Shown here: piece after piece, positions 1-11,463 of the stretch | Position numbering within the stretch: the first letter of the stretch is position 1 | Layout of the letters: each line of letters begins with the position of its first letter | Assembly: GCF_006345805.1 (NCBI RefSeq) | Contig: NC_043004.1 | Coordinates: 14,384,001-14,448,000, forward strand | Origin: Octopus sinensis | Lineage: Eukaryota | Length of the DNA stretch: 64,000 nucleotides | Reading direction: 5' to 3' | Position numbers and translations under genes: made by a program | The notes under the pieces: generated by a model | Told to the model about the DNA's origin: nothing | What the model saw: the letters and a program-made list of their open reading frames with translations, nothing else | Databases searched by the model: none

Positions 1-38
1 TAATAATAATAATAATAATATAATAATAATAATAATAA

Positions 39-822
39 GCAGCTCAAGATCAATGCTTACCAACAAGAAACTACCAGGCCAACATATTAAAGAACGGCAG
101 TAGCCCAACATGTCGTGTGTGTCAACAAAAAAATGAAACCATTGATCATGTTGTCTCCAAGTGCAGTCTTCTAGCGCCTACAGGGTATCTCAACAGGCAT
201 GATAGAGCTGCACAATATATTCACTGGGTAATTTGCAAAAACCTGGATTTGCCCCTTGAAAAAAAACTGGTGGGAACACAAGCCACCTCCAGTGATTGAG
301 AACTTCACCATTCAAACTGAGAGAAAGATAGATGCAAATAGGCCAGACATCATATTGAAAAACTTCAGACAAAGAACATGCCTCCTCATTGATATGACTG
401 TCCCAATCGATATAAACGTATCTGTCAAGACCTACCAAAAACTGAGAAAATATAATGATCTTGAAATAGAAATCAGCAAAATGTGGAACCTGAAAACTAA
501 AACAATACCTGTAGTCATAGGTGCCCTGGGAATGATAGCAAAAGGGCTGATTGCTACCTAACTCAGATACCAGGAAACCCAAAATGGCAGAAATTCAAAA
601 GATAGTGCTCATATCCTACGCAAAATACTCTCTATGTAATCCCAAGGTTTAAAACAAACTTTTTTTATGTATTAGACATCCACTAGTACAACACCAAAAA
701 AACCCCCAAATATATGGCACACTAGGCATAACAACAACGTGAACTTCCAACCTGTTGTCTCTTGAGGTTTCTGGGTGAGCCTTGGAGCCAACTTGTACAA
801 ATATAAAGCAAAAGTCAAACAT
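39..822 (+). mobile_element. R4/Dong-clade non-LTR retrotransposon, 5'-truncated 3' end (CCHC knuckle + restriction-like endonuclease + 3' UTR)
   Basis: Translation gives CRVCQQKNETIDHVVSKC, RHD, NRPDII..LLIDMTVP..K..KY..L, VPVVIGALG, typical of REL-endonuclease elements. Frameshifted. (TAA)n on both sides. Confidence 0.85.
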
Positions 823-823
823 A

Positions 824-846
824 TAATAATAATAATAATAATAATA

Positions 847-896
<50 letters not shown>

Positions 897-940
897 GTAA
901 TAATAATAATGATGATGATTAATAATAATAATATCAATAA
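824..940. repeat. (TAA)n microsatellite (others at 1-38, 2275-2443, 2849-2957, 3318-3387)
   Basis: Directly visible trinucleotide arrays separating the R4/Dong fragments. Confidence 0.95.
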
Positions 941-941
941 T

Positions 942-2273
942 AATTGGAGCATTGGAGCCCTGCTAGGAAAAACCACATCCTACGCAAGACACTATCAATT
1001 CATTAATACTACCTATACAAAACATTCCACAAACACGACACACTCTGTACATCAATTATCCAGTGAAATAAACATCTACCAGCAAACCGGATAACAAAGA
1101 AATACCTAAGTGAATTCCTAATACAACAAATCCCAGAATTAGACGTATTGGAAACAAGTACAGAAAAATCTAAGCGTATGAAAACCCGTGCTAAATCTGC
1201 TGCCTTGGATATTCTTACTGATAAATGGCAAGAAAAACCTCTCAAACACCCAAAGAGCGCTAATAATGCCAATGTTGACACAGCCCTCACCCATCGATGG
1301 TTAGTGCCTTCTGGCTTAAAATCAGAGACAGAAGGGTTTATCATAGCCACCCAAGATCAATGCCTACTTACAACAAGCTACCAGGCCAACATTAAAGAAC
1401 GGCAGTAGCCCAACATTTCGTGTATGTCAACAACAAAATGAAACCATTGATCATGGTATCTCCCTGTGCAGCTTTCTTGCGCCGACAGAGTATTCCAACA
1501 GGCATGATAGTGCAGCGCACTATATTCAGTGGGCAATTTGCAAAGACTTAGACCTACCTCATGGTAAAAACCTGCGGGAACAAAAACCACCTTCAGTGCT
1601 TAAAAATAATCACCTCTCACACCTTTGAAACTTTACTTCTCAAACTGACAGATAGATGCATATAGACTAGACATTATATTGAAGAATTTCAGACAAACAT
1701 CATATATCCTCATCGATATGACTGTTCCTATCGACATAAGTCTGTCAACAGTTAAATTTATGAAAAGTGAGCAAGTGTAAAGATCTTGAAATAGAATTTG
1801 GCAAAATGTGAGACCTCAACACGAAAACAATACATTTTGTGACAGGTGTCCGAAAAATGATATCGAAAGAAGCTGATTGTTACCTATCTCAGATATCAGG
1901 AAATCCAAACTTGGAAGAAATTCCAAAAACTAGTCCTCGTGGGAATTTCTTATATCCTACGAAAAATATCGTCTGCGTAATCTCCAAATCCTCTCAATCT
2001 GTAAACAGTGTCAAAATACTTTTAAATGTACATAATAGCAAACAATTTTTACTTTCATCTTAACATCACACTATCATCTTATAATCAAATTACTTTTTAA
2101 ACAAACTTTTTGTTTTCTTATGTTTTGACAGCCATTCTCTAGAACAATAATCTATGCAAAACCACAAATATATCACCCTACTCATAACATCAACTTGAAC
2201 TTCTAACTTGTCTCTTGTGGTCTCTGGGTAAGACTTGGAGTCAGCTTGTACAAATACAAAGCAAAAACCAAAC

Positions 2274-2275
<2 letters not shown>
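942..2275 (+). mobile_element. R4/Dong-clade non-LTR retrotransposon, longer and more diverged 5'-truncated copy
   Basis: WQEKPLKHP, LKSETEGFIIATQDQCLLT, then a decayed CCHC/RHD/REL region. Same 3' terminus (GCAAAA.CAAACAT) as copy 1. Multiple stops and frameshifts. TAA arrays flank it. Confidence 0.85.
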
Positions 2276-2325
<50 letters not shown>

Positions 2326-2349
2326 TAATAATAATAATAAAAATAATAA

Positions 2350-2443
<94 letters not shown>

Positions 2444-2559
2444 TTTCGATGATGCCTTTGGGTTTATGTTCGTACCTCTTTTTTGCTCTGTCAAGTTCAT
2501 ACTTGTTTTAAAGTGTCCAATGGACAATCCTTGCTATATTGTCTGCTCATCTCTTATAT

Positions 2560-2848
2560 TCTTTCTGGGATAGTGGCGTACATTGACTGGCAATGTACAC
2601 CAGTAGTACCAATAATTGACTGGCAATGTACATCAATAGTACCGATAACTGTCGGAGCCCTGGCAACAGTGAGTAAAAATCTTGAAAAGTACATGAAACA
2701 AATATGAGCTGCAATAAGGGTGGAGCACATGCAGAAAACAGCACTGCTTTGAGCCACTCGAATACTCTAGATTGTATTACCTTAGTTCACTGGTAGTGAA
2801 CAGCTGGCACCGTAGTACATCTCCAGCGTTAGATGTGCAAAGACAATT
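2560..2848 (+). mobile_element. 3' end of a second R4/Dong-like subfamily
   Basis: IVPITVGALATVSKNLEKYMKQI..IRVEHMQKTALL C-terminal motif and a different 3' UTR. Internal 33-bp tandem duplication 2582-2614/2615-2647. Followed by (TAA)n. Confidence 0.65.
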
Positions 2849-2884
2849 AATAATAATAATAATAATAACAATAATAATAATAAC

Positions 2885-2943
<59 letters not shown>

Positions 2944-2957
2944 TAATAATAATAATA

Positions 2958-3315
2958 ATGATAGCAAAAGGGGCTGATAGCTACCTAACCCAGATACCAG
3001 GAAACCCCAAAATGGCTGGAATTCAAAAGATAGTGCTCATGGGAACTGCTCATATCCTACGCAAAATACTTTCTATGTAATCTCAAGGTTTAAAACAAAC
3101 ATAATTTCCGGTTTTTAAAAAAATAAAAAAAATAAAAAAATAATTTTTTTTTTAGACATTCATTAGTACAACAACAAAAACTCCCCCCCCCCCCCAAAAA
3201 AAATATATGGCACACTAGGCATAACAACAACATGAACTTCCAACCTGTTGTCTCTTGAGGTCTCTGGGTGAGACTTGGAGCCAACTTGTACAAATATAAA
3301 GCAAAAGTCAAACAT
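2958..3315 (+). mobile_element. R4/Dong-clade element, very short 5'-truncated copy
   Basis: MIAKGADSYLTQIPGNPKMAGIQKIVLMGTAHILRKILSM* plus a 3' UTR nearly identical to 530-822. TAA arrays on both sides. Confidence 0.85.
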
Positions 3316-3316
3316 A

Positions 3317-3358
<42 letters not shown>

Positions 3359-4091
3359 TGATGATGATAATAATAAAAATAATAATACAGTATGTTTACA
3401 TATTCGAGTAGTCAGGGAGAAAGGAAGGGTAAAATTTTCACAGAAAACTGTAGATATTAAAGTTTTTAAATTTTTTAAAGATAATCGTTTGTATGTCCGC
3501 CCAGAGAAGATTGTAGTGTTTTTGTAATAAAAAGGATGTTTACATTTTCGAATACTCAGGGAGAAAGGATAGGAAAGAGATTTTCACTGCAAATCTTGAC
3601 AACAGCTGGTCGTGTTCTTCGCTGGTCTGACCATTCAGCAGCCGAAAGTACAAAAACACTGATACAATAAAGCAGAGCAACTGTAAAAACTTAGATATCT
3701 GTAGTTATCTCTGGACGAACACGAGTATTCGAAAATTTAAACATCCCTTTTATTGCAAGAACATTGCTTTCCTCTGATCGGACATACACATGATCATCTT
3801 TAAACAATTTTTAAACTTTAATATCGAAAAATTTCTCTGAAAATTTTACCTTTCTTTTATCTCTGAGAACTCGAATATGAAACATGTATTTTCTTGCAAC
3901 AAGACTATCGAACGCACGATAAAAATTAAGGATATAAGTACCTTCCAATATATACAAGTTGCATAATTTTGAAAACTATAAACCATAGCAAAACATATGA
4001 AAGAAAACCCAAAATTATAAAATAACATTCAAAGCAATTCAAAAACTCAACGATGTAAACATCAGTATATATATATATATGTATATATATA

Positions 4092-4350
4092 TAATAAATA
4101 AATGCGGTCTTTTAAAGCCTAGCCAGGCTCATGGGCCCGGTTTCCTGGTTTCTAAGGCGTATGTGTTCCCCAGGTGGATGGGAAGCTAGTCCATCGCAGC
4201 GTTATTCATTTTTGCCAGCTGAGTGGACTGGAACAACGTGAAATGAAGTGTTTTGCTCAAGAACACAACGCGTCGCCCAATCCAGGAATCGAAACCACAA
4301 CCTTACGATTATGGTGCTGACACCCTAACCACTAAGCCACGCGCCTCCAC
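4092..4350 (-). mobile_element. tRNA-derived SINE
   Basis: Minus strand starts GTGGAGGCGCGTGGCTTAGTGG (A box) ... GGTTTCGATTCC (B box-like), then GTGTTCTTGAGCAAAACACTT, and ends in an A/T-rich tail. Confidence 0.8.
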
Positions 4351-4364
4351 ACACACACATAAAC

Positions 4365-4496
<132 letters not shown>

Positions 4497-4659
4497 AAAA
4501 AGGAGATGTCGAACACGAGTGGTGATATATAAAAAAGGAAATGAAGAAAATGCTGACAAATAATTGAAGTAATTAAGTAATTTAATTAGGTGAAAGTTCT
4601 TTTTACCGGTTGCGCATTTGTTATGCTTATCAATATATATATATATATATATATATATA

Positions 4660-6982
4660 TCCTAGTGACCTTCCTCCAGCTCACCCATTTGACAACATGG
4701 ATCTCCATAAAGCCAACTGGGATGCAATCAGGAACGAGCTATCAAATGTTGACTGGTCCTTTACACATACACACATCTCCACCAACCATAAAACATCTTG
4801 GCAGATCTTTGTAGACACCGTCACAGACATATGTGCAAAACACTCCCCACCAAGACCTGTGAACAAAAAGTGCAGAATCCCCCAAAACAGAAAAACCATT
4901 ATCAGAAAAATAAAAAGAACAAACAAAAAAATTAACAAACTAAAGTACTGCCAACAGCAACACACACATTCGACGGCTATCGCACTGCTTGAATCCAAAA
5001 AATATAACCTCCAACAATGCATGAGGACCCTCATCAATAACCAAAGATCAGCTGAGGAGAAGTGGGCCATTGAAAAAATCAAACTCAACCCCAAAGTGTT
5101 CTTTTCATTTGCGAGGAAACGCAGGGTCACTGTCTCCACTGTAGGCCCTCTAATTGACGAAACTGGCACTCTCCAAGATAATGCCAAATCCATGGCCGAG
5201 ATACTGCAGAAACAATACTGCTCTGTTTTCAGCAATCCTGATATGGCCGATCTGGGCTGTATCAGTGATGTCAACCCCCAACACACTATATCGGACATAA
5301 CGTTTAGTGCCCCTGATGTCTTAGCGGCGATAAACGAAATAAAACACAATTCAGCAGTAGGCCCCGATAGGTTCCCTGCTTGTGTCCTGAAGGTGTGTCG
5401 ACACCAACTTGCATCTCCCCTTGCTAATCTGTGGAGAAACTCACTGGATGCTGGCTATATTCCAAAAAACCTTCTGTCCCAGTCTGTTGTCCCAGTTTTC
5501 AAAAAGGGAAACAAGTCCCTTGCAGTGAATTACCGTCCGATCTCACTCACCTCTCATATCATCAAGGTATTTGAGAGGGTGGTGAGATCTCGAATAACCC
5601 AATTTCTGGAAAGCAACAGACGGCTGATCTCCAACCAACATGGGTTCCGTAATGGAAGGGACTGCCTAACGCAGCTCCTGCATCACTTTGAGGACATTTT
5701 GAGAGCTTTGGGAGAGGGCTCCAACACCGATGTCATCTACCTTGATTTCAGTAAGGCCTTCGACAGGGTCGATCACAAGATCCTATTGAAAAAAACTATC
5801 CAACATTGGTGTCTCTGGAAAGTTACTGAAATGGATCAAGTGTTTCCTGACAGACAGATCTCAACATGTTGTAGTTGAAGGGGTAAAATCAAGCCCAACC
5901 AAAGTCAGTAGTGGCGTTCCGCAAGGCACTGTGCTGGGCCCACTTCTTTTCATCATTTACATTAATGACATTAATGACATCATCAAGCACAGCAACATAA
6001 AAATCTTTGCAGATGACTCCAAGCTACAGAAGGTCATAAATGAGGCGAGTGACCGGACATGCCTTCAGTCAGATCTACTGGCTGTTATCCAATGGGCAGA
6101 AAAAAACAATATGCTGCTGAACGAGGATAAATTGAGCTAATCCACTTTGGAAAAGAGGATGCCCTGAAACTCCCATACTCCCTTCCTTCAGGTGAAACTC
6201 TCGCGGCGTCCAACAACATCAGAGACTTGGGAGTAATTGTGGACAACAACATAAGCTGGGCCACTCATATAAACACCAAAGTTGACATGGCCCGCAGAAT
6301 GTGTTCCTGGATTCTCAGAACTTTCCAGTCGAGAGATATCCACACCATTATCCTTCTCTTCTCCACTTTTGCCCGACCCCACCTTGAATACTGTTGTCCA
6401 CTGTGGTCTCCCCACACAATACAAGGTATCATAAAAGTTGAAGCACCTCAAAGGGCAATCACAAAAAAGATAGATGGCATGACAGGCCTCGACTATTGGG
6501 GTCGACTAGAAAAGCTAAAACTCTATTCTCTCCAACGTCGTCGTGAGCGCTACATCATCTGCATGATGTGGAAAATATTCCATCAGCATTGCCCAAATGA
6601 TGTTGGCATCACCTTTAAGGTACATCCAAGGCTTGGGCCCCGTGCCATCCGTCCAAAACAAAAATCGCACTCTCATCTCATAACAACAATACGGCACAAT
6701 TATTTCACCTCAATTGGCTCCGCTCTCTTTAACATTACACCAAAACACATTAAAACAGAAACTGACCCTATAGGGTTCAAGAAGTCTTTGGACAGATTCC
6801 TTCAAGAAATCCCGGATAAACCCCCTACACCCGGATATGTCTCTGTAAACAATAACTCTCTACTTGAGTGGGCCATAGTGCCCAAATTCTGACTTGAAAG
6901 ACTTCACCAGGTGGTGCTATTAAGTTAGACATGGCCTGGGCCAATAATGGCCGAAACCTATCAAAGTATCAAAGTATCAAAG
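4660..6982 (+). mobile_element. CR1-group LINE, 5'-truncated ORF2 (reverse transcriptase + C-terminus) with (TATCAAAG)3 tail
   Basis: NYRPISLTS, QHGF, YLDFSKAFDRVDH, SGVPQGTVLGPLLFIIYIND, FADDSKL, LYSLQRRRERY. Only two 1-bp frameshifts (A-run 5789-5795 and ~6131). 3' UTR hairpin GGCCA-ATAA-TGGCC at 6939-6952. Octamer tail 6959-6982. Confidence 0.9.
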
Positions 6983-7693
6983 TATATATATATATATATA
7001 TGTATCCTTTTCTATCAGTAATTAAAAACAGAACAAGGTGAACTGGTCTTTTTCCAGGTCAAGGTCCGCTCAGTACCACAGATGTTCTTGTCTGTTACTT
7101 GACCTTAACCAAGCACTGATGCAGTACCAGGATGTGGATCTCATGGCTTTTGACCATAATTGTTTGGAAACTTTATGATGTACATTGTTTCATCTTGCAA
7201 TAAAAATAGACTACAGTATATAATCTACACAATACCACGTATTTGCTTGTCAGTTGCTTGAACTGAATAAGTTAAGCATGTCCAGTGGTGGCTGACAATA
7301 CGTGCATCTTTGATCAATGGGGGAGCATCATAGCTATGTGTTGAGAGGAATTTTTGGGAATTTGAATAATTTACCTCTGGAAACATAGGTGTTTTGTTCA
7401 TCATCCTTAAATAAATCTTATTCGGGGATCTTTTGAGCAGGATGGGCTACTCGACCAGAAACAAATTCGAACTGAGCCTCACTTGCAAGATCATCTGTTT
7501 ACTTTGGCATGAAATGACCATGCCACCCACATATGGTTGTGATACATGTTCCTAGTGTACCCTTATCAGACAGGTTGTCATGATGGGTATATTGGGTTTC
7601 GTATATTTCGACCTTACTTTCATTTTTATGGCTGCACTTCTCTCTCGCTCAATAATGATAATAATTACAACAACGATAACAATAATAATAATC

Positions 7694-9415
7694 GACCAGC
7701 GAAAAACAAACAGGATAGTGATGCAGTGCTATTCAGAAAGTGAAACTAAAAGAAGGACCTATAAAAAACGGATTTTAACACATTGGGTAGAGAAGGGTAT
7801 GTTTAAAGTGACTGAGCAGAGATTAGTAGATCAAGCTAATGCTATTAAGAGAAGAAAGTGGATGACAGAATTGGGGTAGAAAAAATCCAAGCAGTACGAA
7901 AGACAAATAACATACGAGATACAGCTCAAACCAAAGGAGAACGTAAAAGAAAATATAATAATAATGCTACTAATAACAAAGAGAGAACTAGCTCCAACGA
8001 ATTAAGTGATTCAAGTGAGGAAGATCAGATTTTAGATGAATTGCAGGATGTAATGAGTAAAGAAGTAAAACAATGATTGCCGGGTTTAAAAGGCACCAAC
8101 AGAAGGAAGCTGCGACAAATGACCAGGAAAGTAGATTCTGTTATAAGGAGCATGGATACTAAAAATATAGGAGACACTAACTTTCTGATCTATGCAGGAG
8201 GGATAGTAGTAACTAGAACATTAAATATATCACAGGGAAAGTTTTAAAAAGCGGAAATGTTGAGGAGATTGAAAAAATAACGTGAAGAATTTTAAGACAA
8301 GATTTGATAAGAATAGAAGCCTGGAAACTGAACAAGTTAGAAAGCACAAGGTCTTTCCTCAAAGGAAGATTCTTAGTCAAAGAGAAAAAATTCAGGACAG
8401 TTTTAGAAGAGTTAAAATAAAGTATCATAGCAGTAGCAGGCAAGCTCTCCAGGTATCAGAACAAAACAGATCAGTGTCAACAGAATAAATTATTTGATAG
8501 AGACCTGAGGAGATTCTATAACCAAATAAATAATGGAGAACGAAATACTGAAGATGAGAAACTTAATGCAGTAGAGAGTTCTGGAATAATATTTGGGATA
8601 AACTAATCAATCATAATGGAGAAGGAGTATGGTTAAATAAAGTGAAGGTAAAATAGTGCATTAATGGGGAAAAGGTTTGGAGGAATGCCGAATTAGAAGG
8701 GCCCAGGGCCAGATTTATTTCAAGGGTACTGACTAAAGAAATTCAGTAGTTTACATAGGAGGCTGAAGGAACAACTTCAGGACTGCCTTAAAGGAGGAAT
8801 AATACCAGATTGGAATACTAGGGTGAGGACAATGCTCATTATGAAGGATAAGAGCAAGGGTAATACTGTTAGCAATTATAGACCAATCACTTACTTGCCA
8901 TTAACATGGAGACTGTTTCAGAAAGCATTTATGAGTACCCCGATAACCAGAATTTACTGCCATAAGAACAAAGAGGTTTCAGGAAGTGGGCTAGAGGAAC
9001 GCATGATTTATTATACATAGGCAAAATAGCTCTAAATGAAGTAAAAACTAGAAAGAAAAATCTAATAATAGCATGGATAGCTTATAGGAAAGCCTATGAC
9101 ATGATCCCACACTCATGGATAAGTGAATGTTTGATAGCAGACAACGTAAGATAATTTATTAGCTTGAGCATGAAGAAATGGAAAGTAGATCTCTACTCAG
9201 GTGACACACAGAGAAAGTCAATATCAAAAGAAGAATTTTCCAGGGGAAATCGTTGTCCACTTTAATAATTGTCTTATATTTGATCCCCCTCAGTTTAGTA
9301 TTAAGGAAGGCAAAGTATCAGTCCAGAAATAGTAATGGAAAAGTTAACCGTTTGCTCTACATGGATAATCTGAGGATTTTTAGTAAGAATAAAAAAGAGA
9401 TAATTTCTTAATACA
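7694..9415 (+). mobile_element. Decayed R4/Dong-like element, N-terminal region and RT domain (endonuclease missing)
   Basis: VMQCYSES..KRR.YKKR.L..W.EKGMF..TEQRL.DQ, KGPGPD, NYRPITYLP, KAYDMIPHSW, IFQGKSLS and LYMDNL (degenerate YMDD) seen across frames. Begins after a TAA-derived tract. Confidence 0.8.
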
Positions 9416-9527
9416 GACAATCAGACTTAATACAGAATGCAAAGATATATGCATTAAATTTGGCATGTACTTGGGCATTACTTCGATACCGGCAGCTTTT
9501 GTAGATTGGACAAACACCGAATACAGA

Positions 9528-9704
<177 letters not shown>

Positions 9705-9705
9705 C

Positions 9706-9930
9706 GTATGTTTTTGAAAAATTTTGGGGGAAAATTTTTGAAAAATATTTGAAAAAGTTTTTGGCGAAAAATTTTCGAAAAACATTTCAAAGATTTTGGG
9801 GAAAATTTTCAAAATATTTTTCAAAAATTCTTGGGGAAAATTTTCAAAAAATATTTCTAATATTTTGGGGGAAAATTTTCAAATAACTTTTCTAAAATTT
9901 TGGGGAAAATTTTCAAAAATTTTTTAGGCA
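9706..9930. repeat. Degenerate low-complexity repeat of TTTTGGGG(G)AAAATTTTCAAAAA-like units
   Basis: Repeated A/T/G homopolymer blocks following a TA microsatellite (9530-9705). Confidence 0.7.
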
Positions 9931-10908
9931 ATATGATGTTTTGACCATATTGTGTGTCCTTTTAATAATTTTTTTTTAATTAAACACTTTCAAACCTCCG
10001 TTACTGGTAGAATGTGTCACATAGAACAGGGTTTACTCTTAACGTTTTGGATAAAATTTTGTACTTTAGAAGTTATTTCGTCTGAAGTTACAGAGTGACA
10101 ATGGACAAATTCGTGTTTGATAAGTGCCAATACACGAAACACTCAGTTTTTTACTTACTCTCTAACTTCTGACGATGATATATATACATATTACATAAAT
10201 GTGTAAAAAAAATCTTATCATACGATCGAACCAATGAAAGAGCCTCAACTTAGTCACTGCACACGTTAAAAATAGCAGCCAAAGTAGCCTCCTACCTAAA
10301 TCACACGCCCATTGTATGTAATGTCCAAGATTATCCCTAAAAAGACGGTTTGCTGAAGGCTGGAATGTCTTTGATGATACGTTTTCAGTATCATGGTTGA
10401 TTCGAGGCTAAATAACAACATTATAGTCAATTTCTATATTAATACCCGCACGATTTTCACTAAGAAAAAAAAAGATTTTTTGTGTGGAATCAAGACCTTG
10501 ACCTCCTAATGTGCTGCAAATCCCTTATTTTGGTTCGGAAAATAATTAGGTGGGGTTCACCCCCCCCCCAATACCAGGATTGATGGAAATGTCTTTTCGT
10601 TGGATGAGTTCCTGTGACCTCCTATTATTGCAAAATTAGGTTACTTAAGGTGAGCCTGGTAACTGATAATTTTGGGATCTTGTTTGTAATTTTTGGTAAT
10701 CCATGGTGCAACGAACAACATGGTAAAAATCCCTACCATAAATTTGGTGTAGATGGGTAACATCGAATAATTCAATCACAACATTTATTTAAATTCAACA
10801 TGGATAAATTGAAATATTATTATTCAGTATTTTATAAGATAAAATCTTAAATTATTGACACATTATTACTTATCTTATAACAGCAATGTCTGAAAAAATC
10901 ATGGTTTG

Positions 10909-11410
10909 CATGGAAAAATGCAAGCATGAAAAATAAGATTCTTAAGATTATAAACCTGGAAAAGTACAGGACAAGTTATTACACCTGTAAGAGTATAGGA
11001 CAAGCTATTACTTCAAGTAAAGAATAAGAAACTTTTTACTTAAAATATTGCAGCTAAAATTAAAATTTGAATATTAAAAATTATTTTATTATAGTTTTCA
11101 AATAACACTATACATATTTAAGAACAATTTGGCTACTTTACTACTTTAAATACAGAAAATAGTGACTAATTAGAAAAACTTGCAACTTAGCTGAAACAGT
11201 TTTGCGCGATAAAAGATGAGAACTCTAAAGAGTGATAAATTAGAAGAAGTGGCATTCTTTGGTGCATATTTTAAGTAAAAAGTTTCTTATTCTTTATTTT
11301 ACTTGAAGTAGTAGTTTGTCCTATACGTTTACAGGTGTCATAACTTGTCCCGTACTTTTCCAGGTTTATAATCTTAAGAATATTACATTTCATGCTTGCA
11401 TTTTTCCATG
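10909..11410. repeat. Inverted repeat, ~143-147 bp arms (10909-11051 / 11264-11410) with ~212 bp spacer
   Basis: The reverse complement of the right arm aligns with the left arm (CATGGAAAAATGCAAGCATGAAA...CTTTTTACTTAAAATA) with scattered mismatches and small indels. Confidence 0.9.
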
Positions 11411-11463
11411 TATATATATATAAATACATGACAGTACATGAATTTTGTTAAAAAAAAAGGGGA

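Noticed and set aside
7000-7560. Higher-complexity repeat-like sequence between LINEs
   Set aside because: Probably interspersed-repeat fragments, but there is no second copy or diagnostic terminus in this window to support a call.
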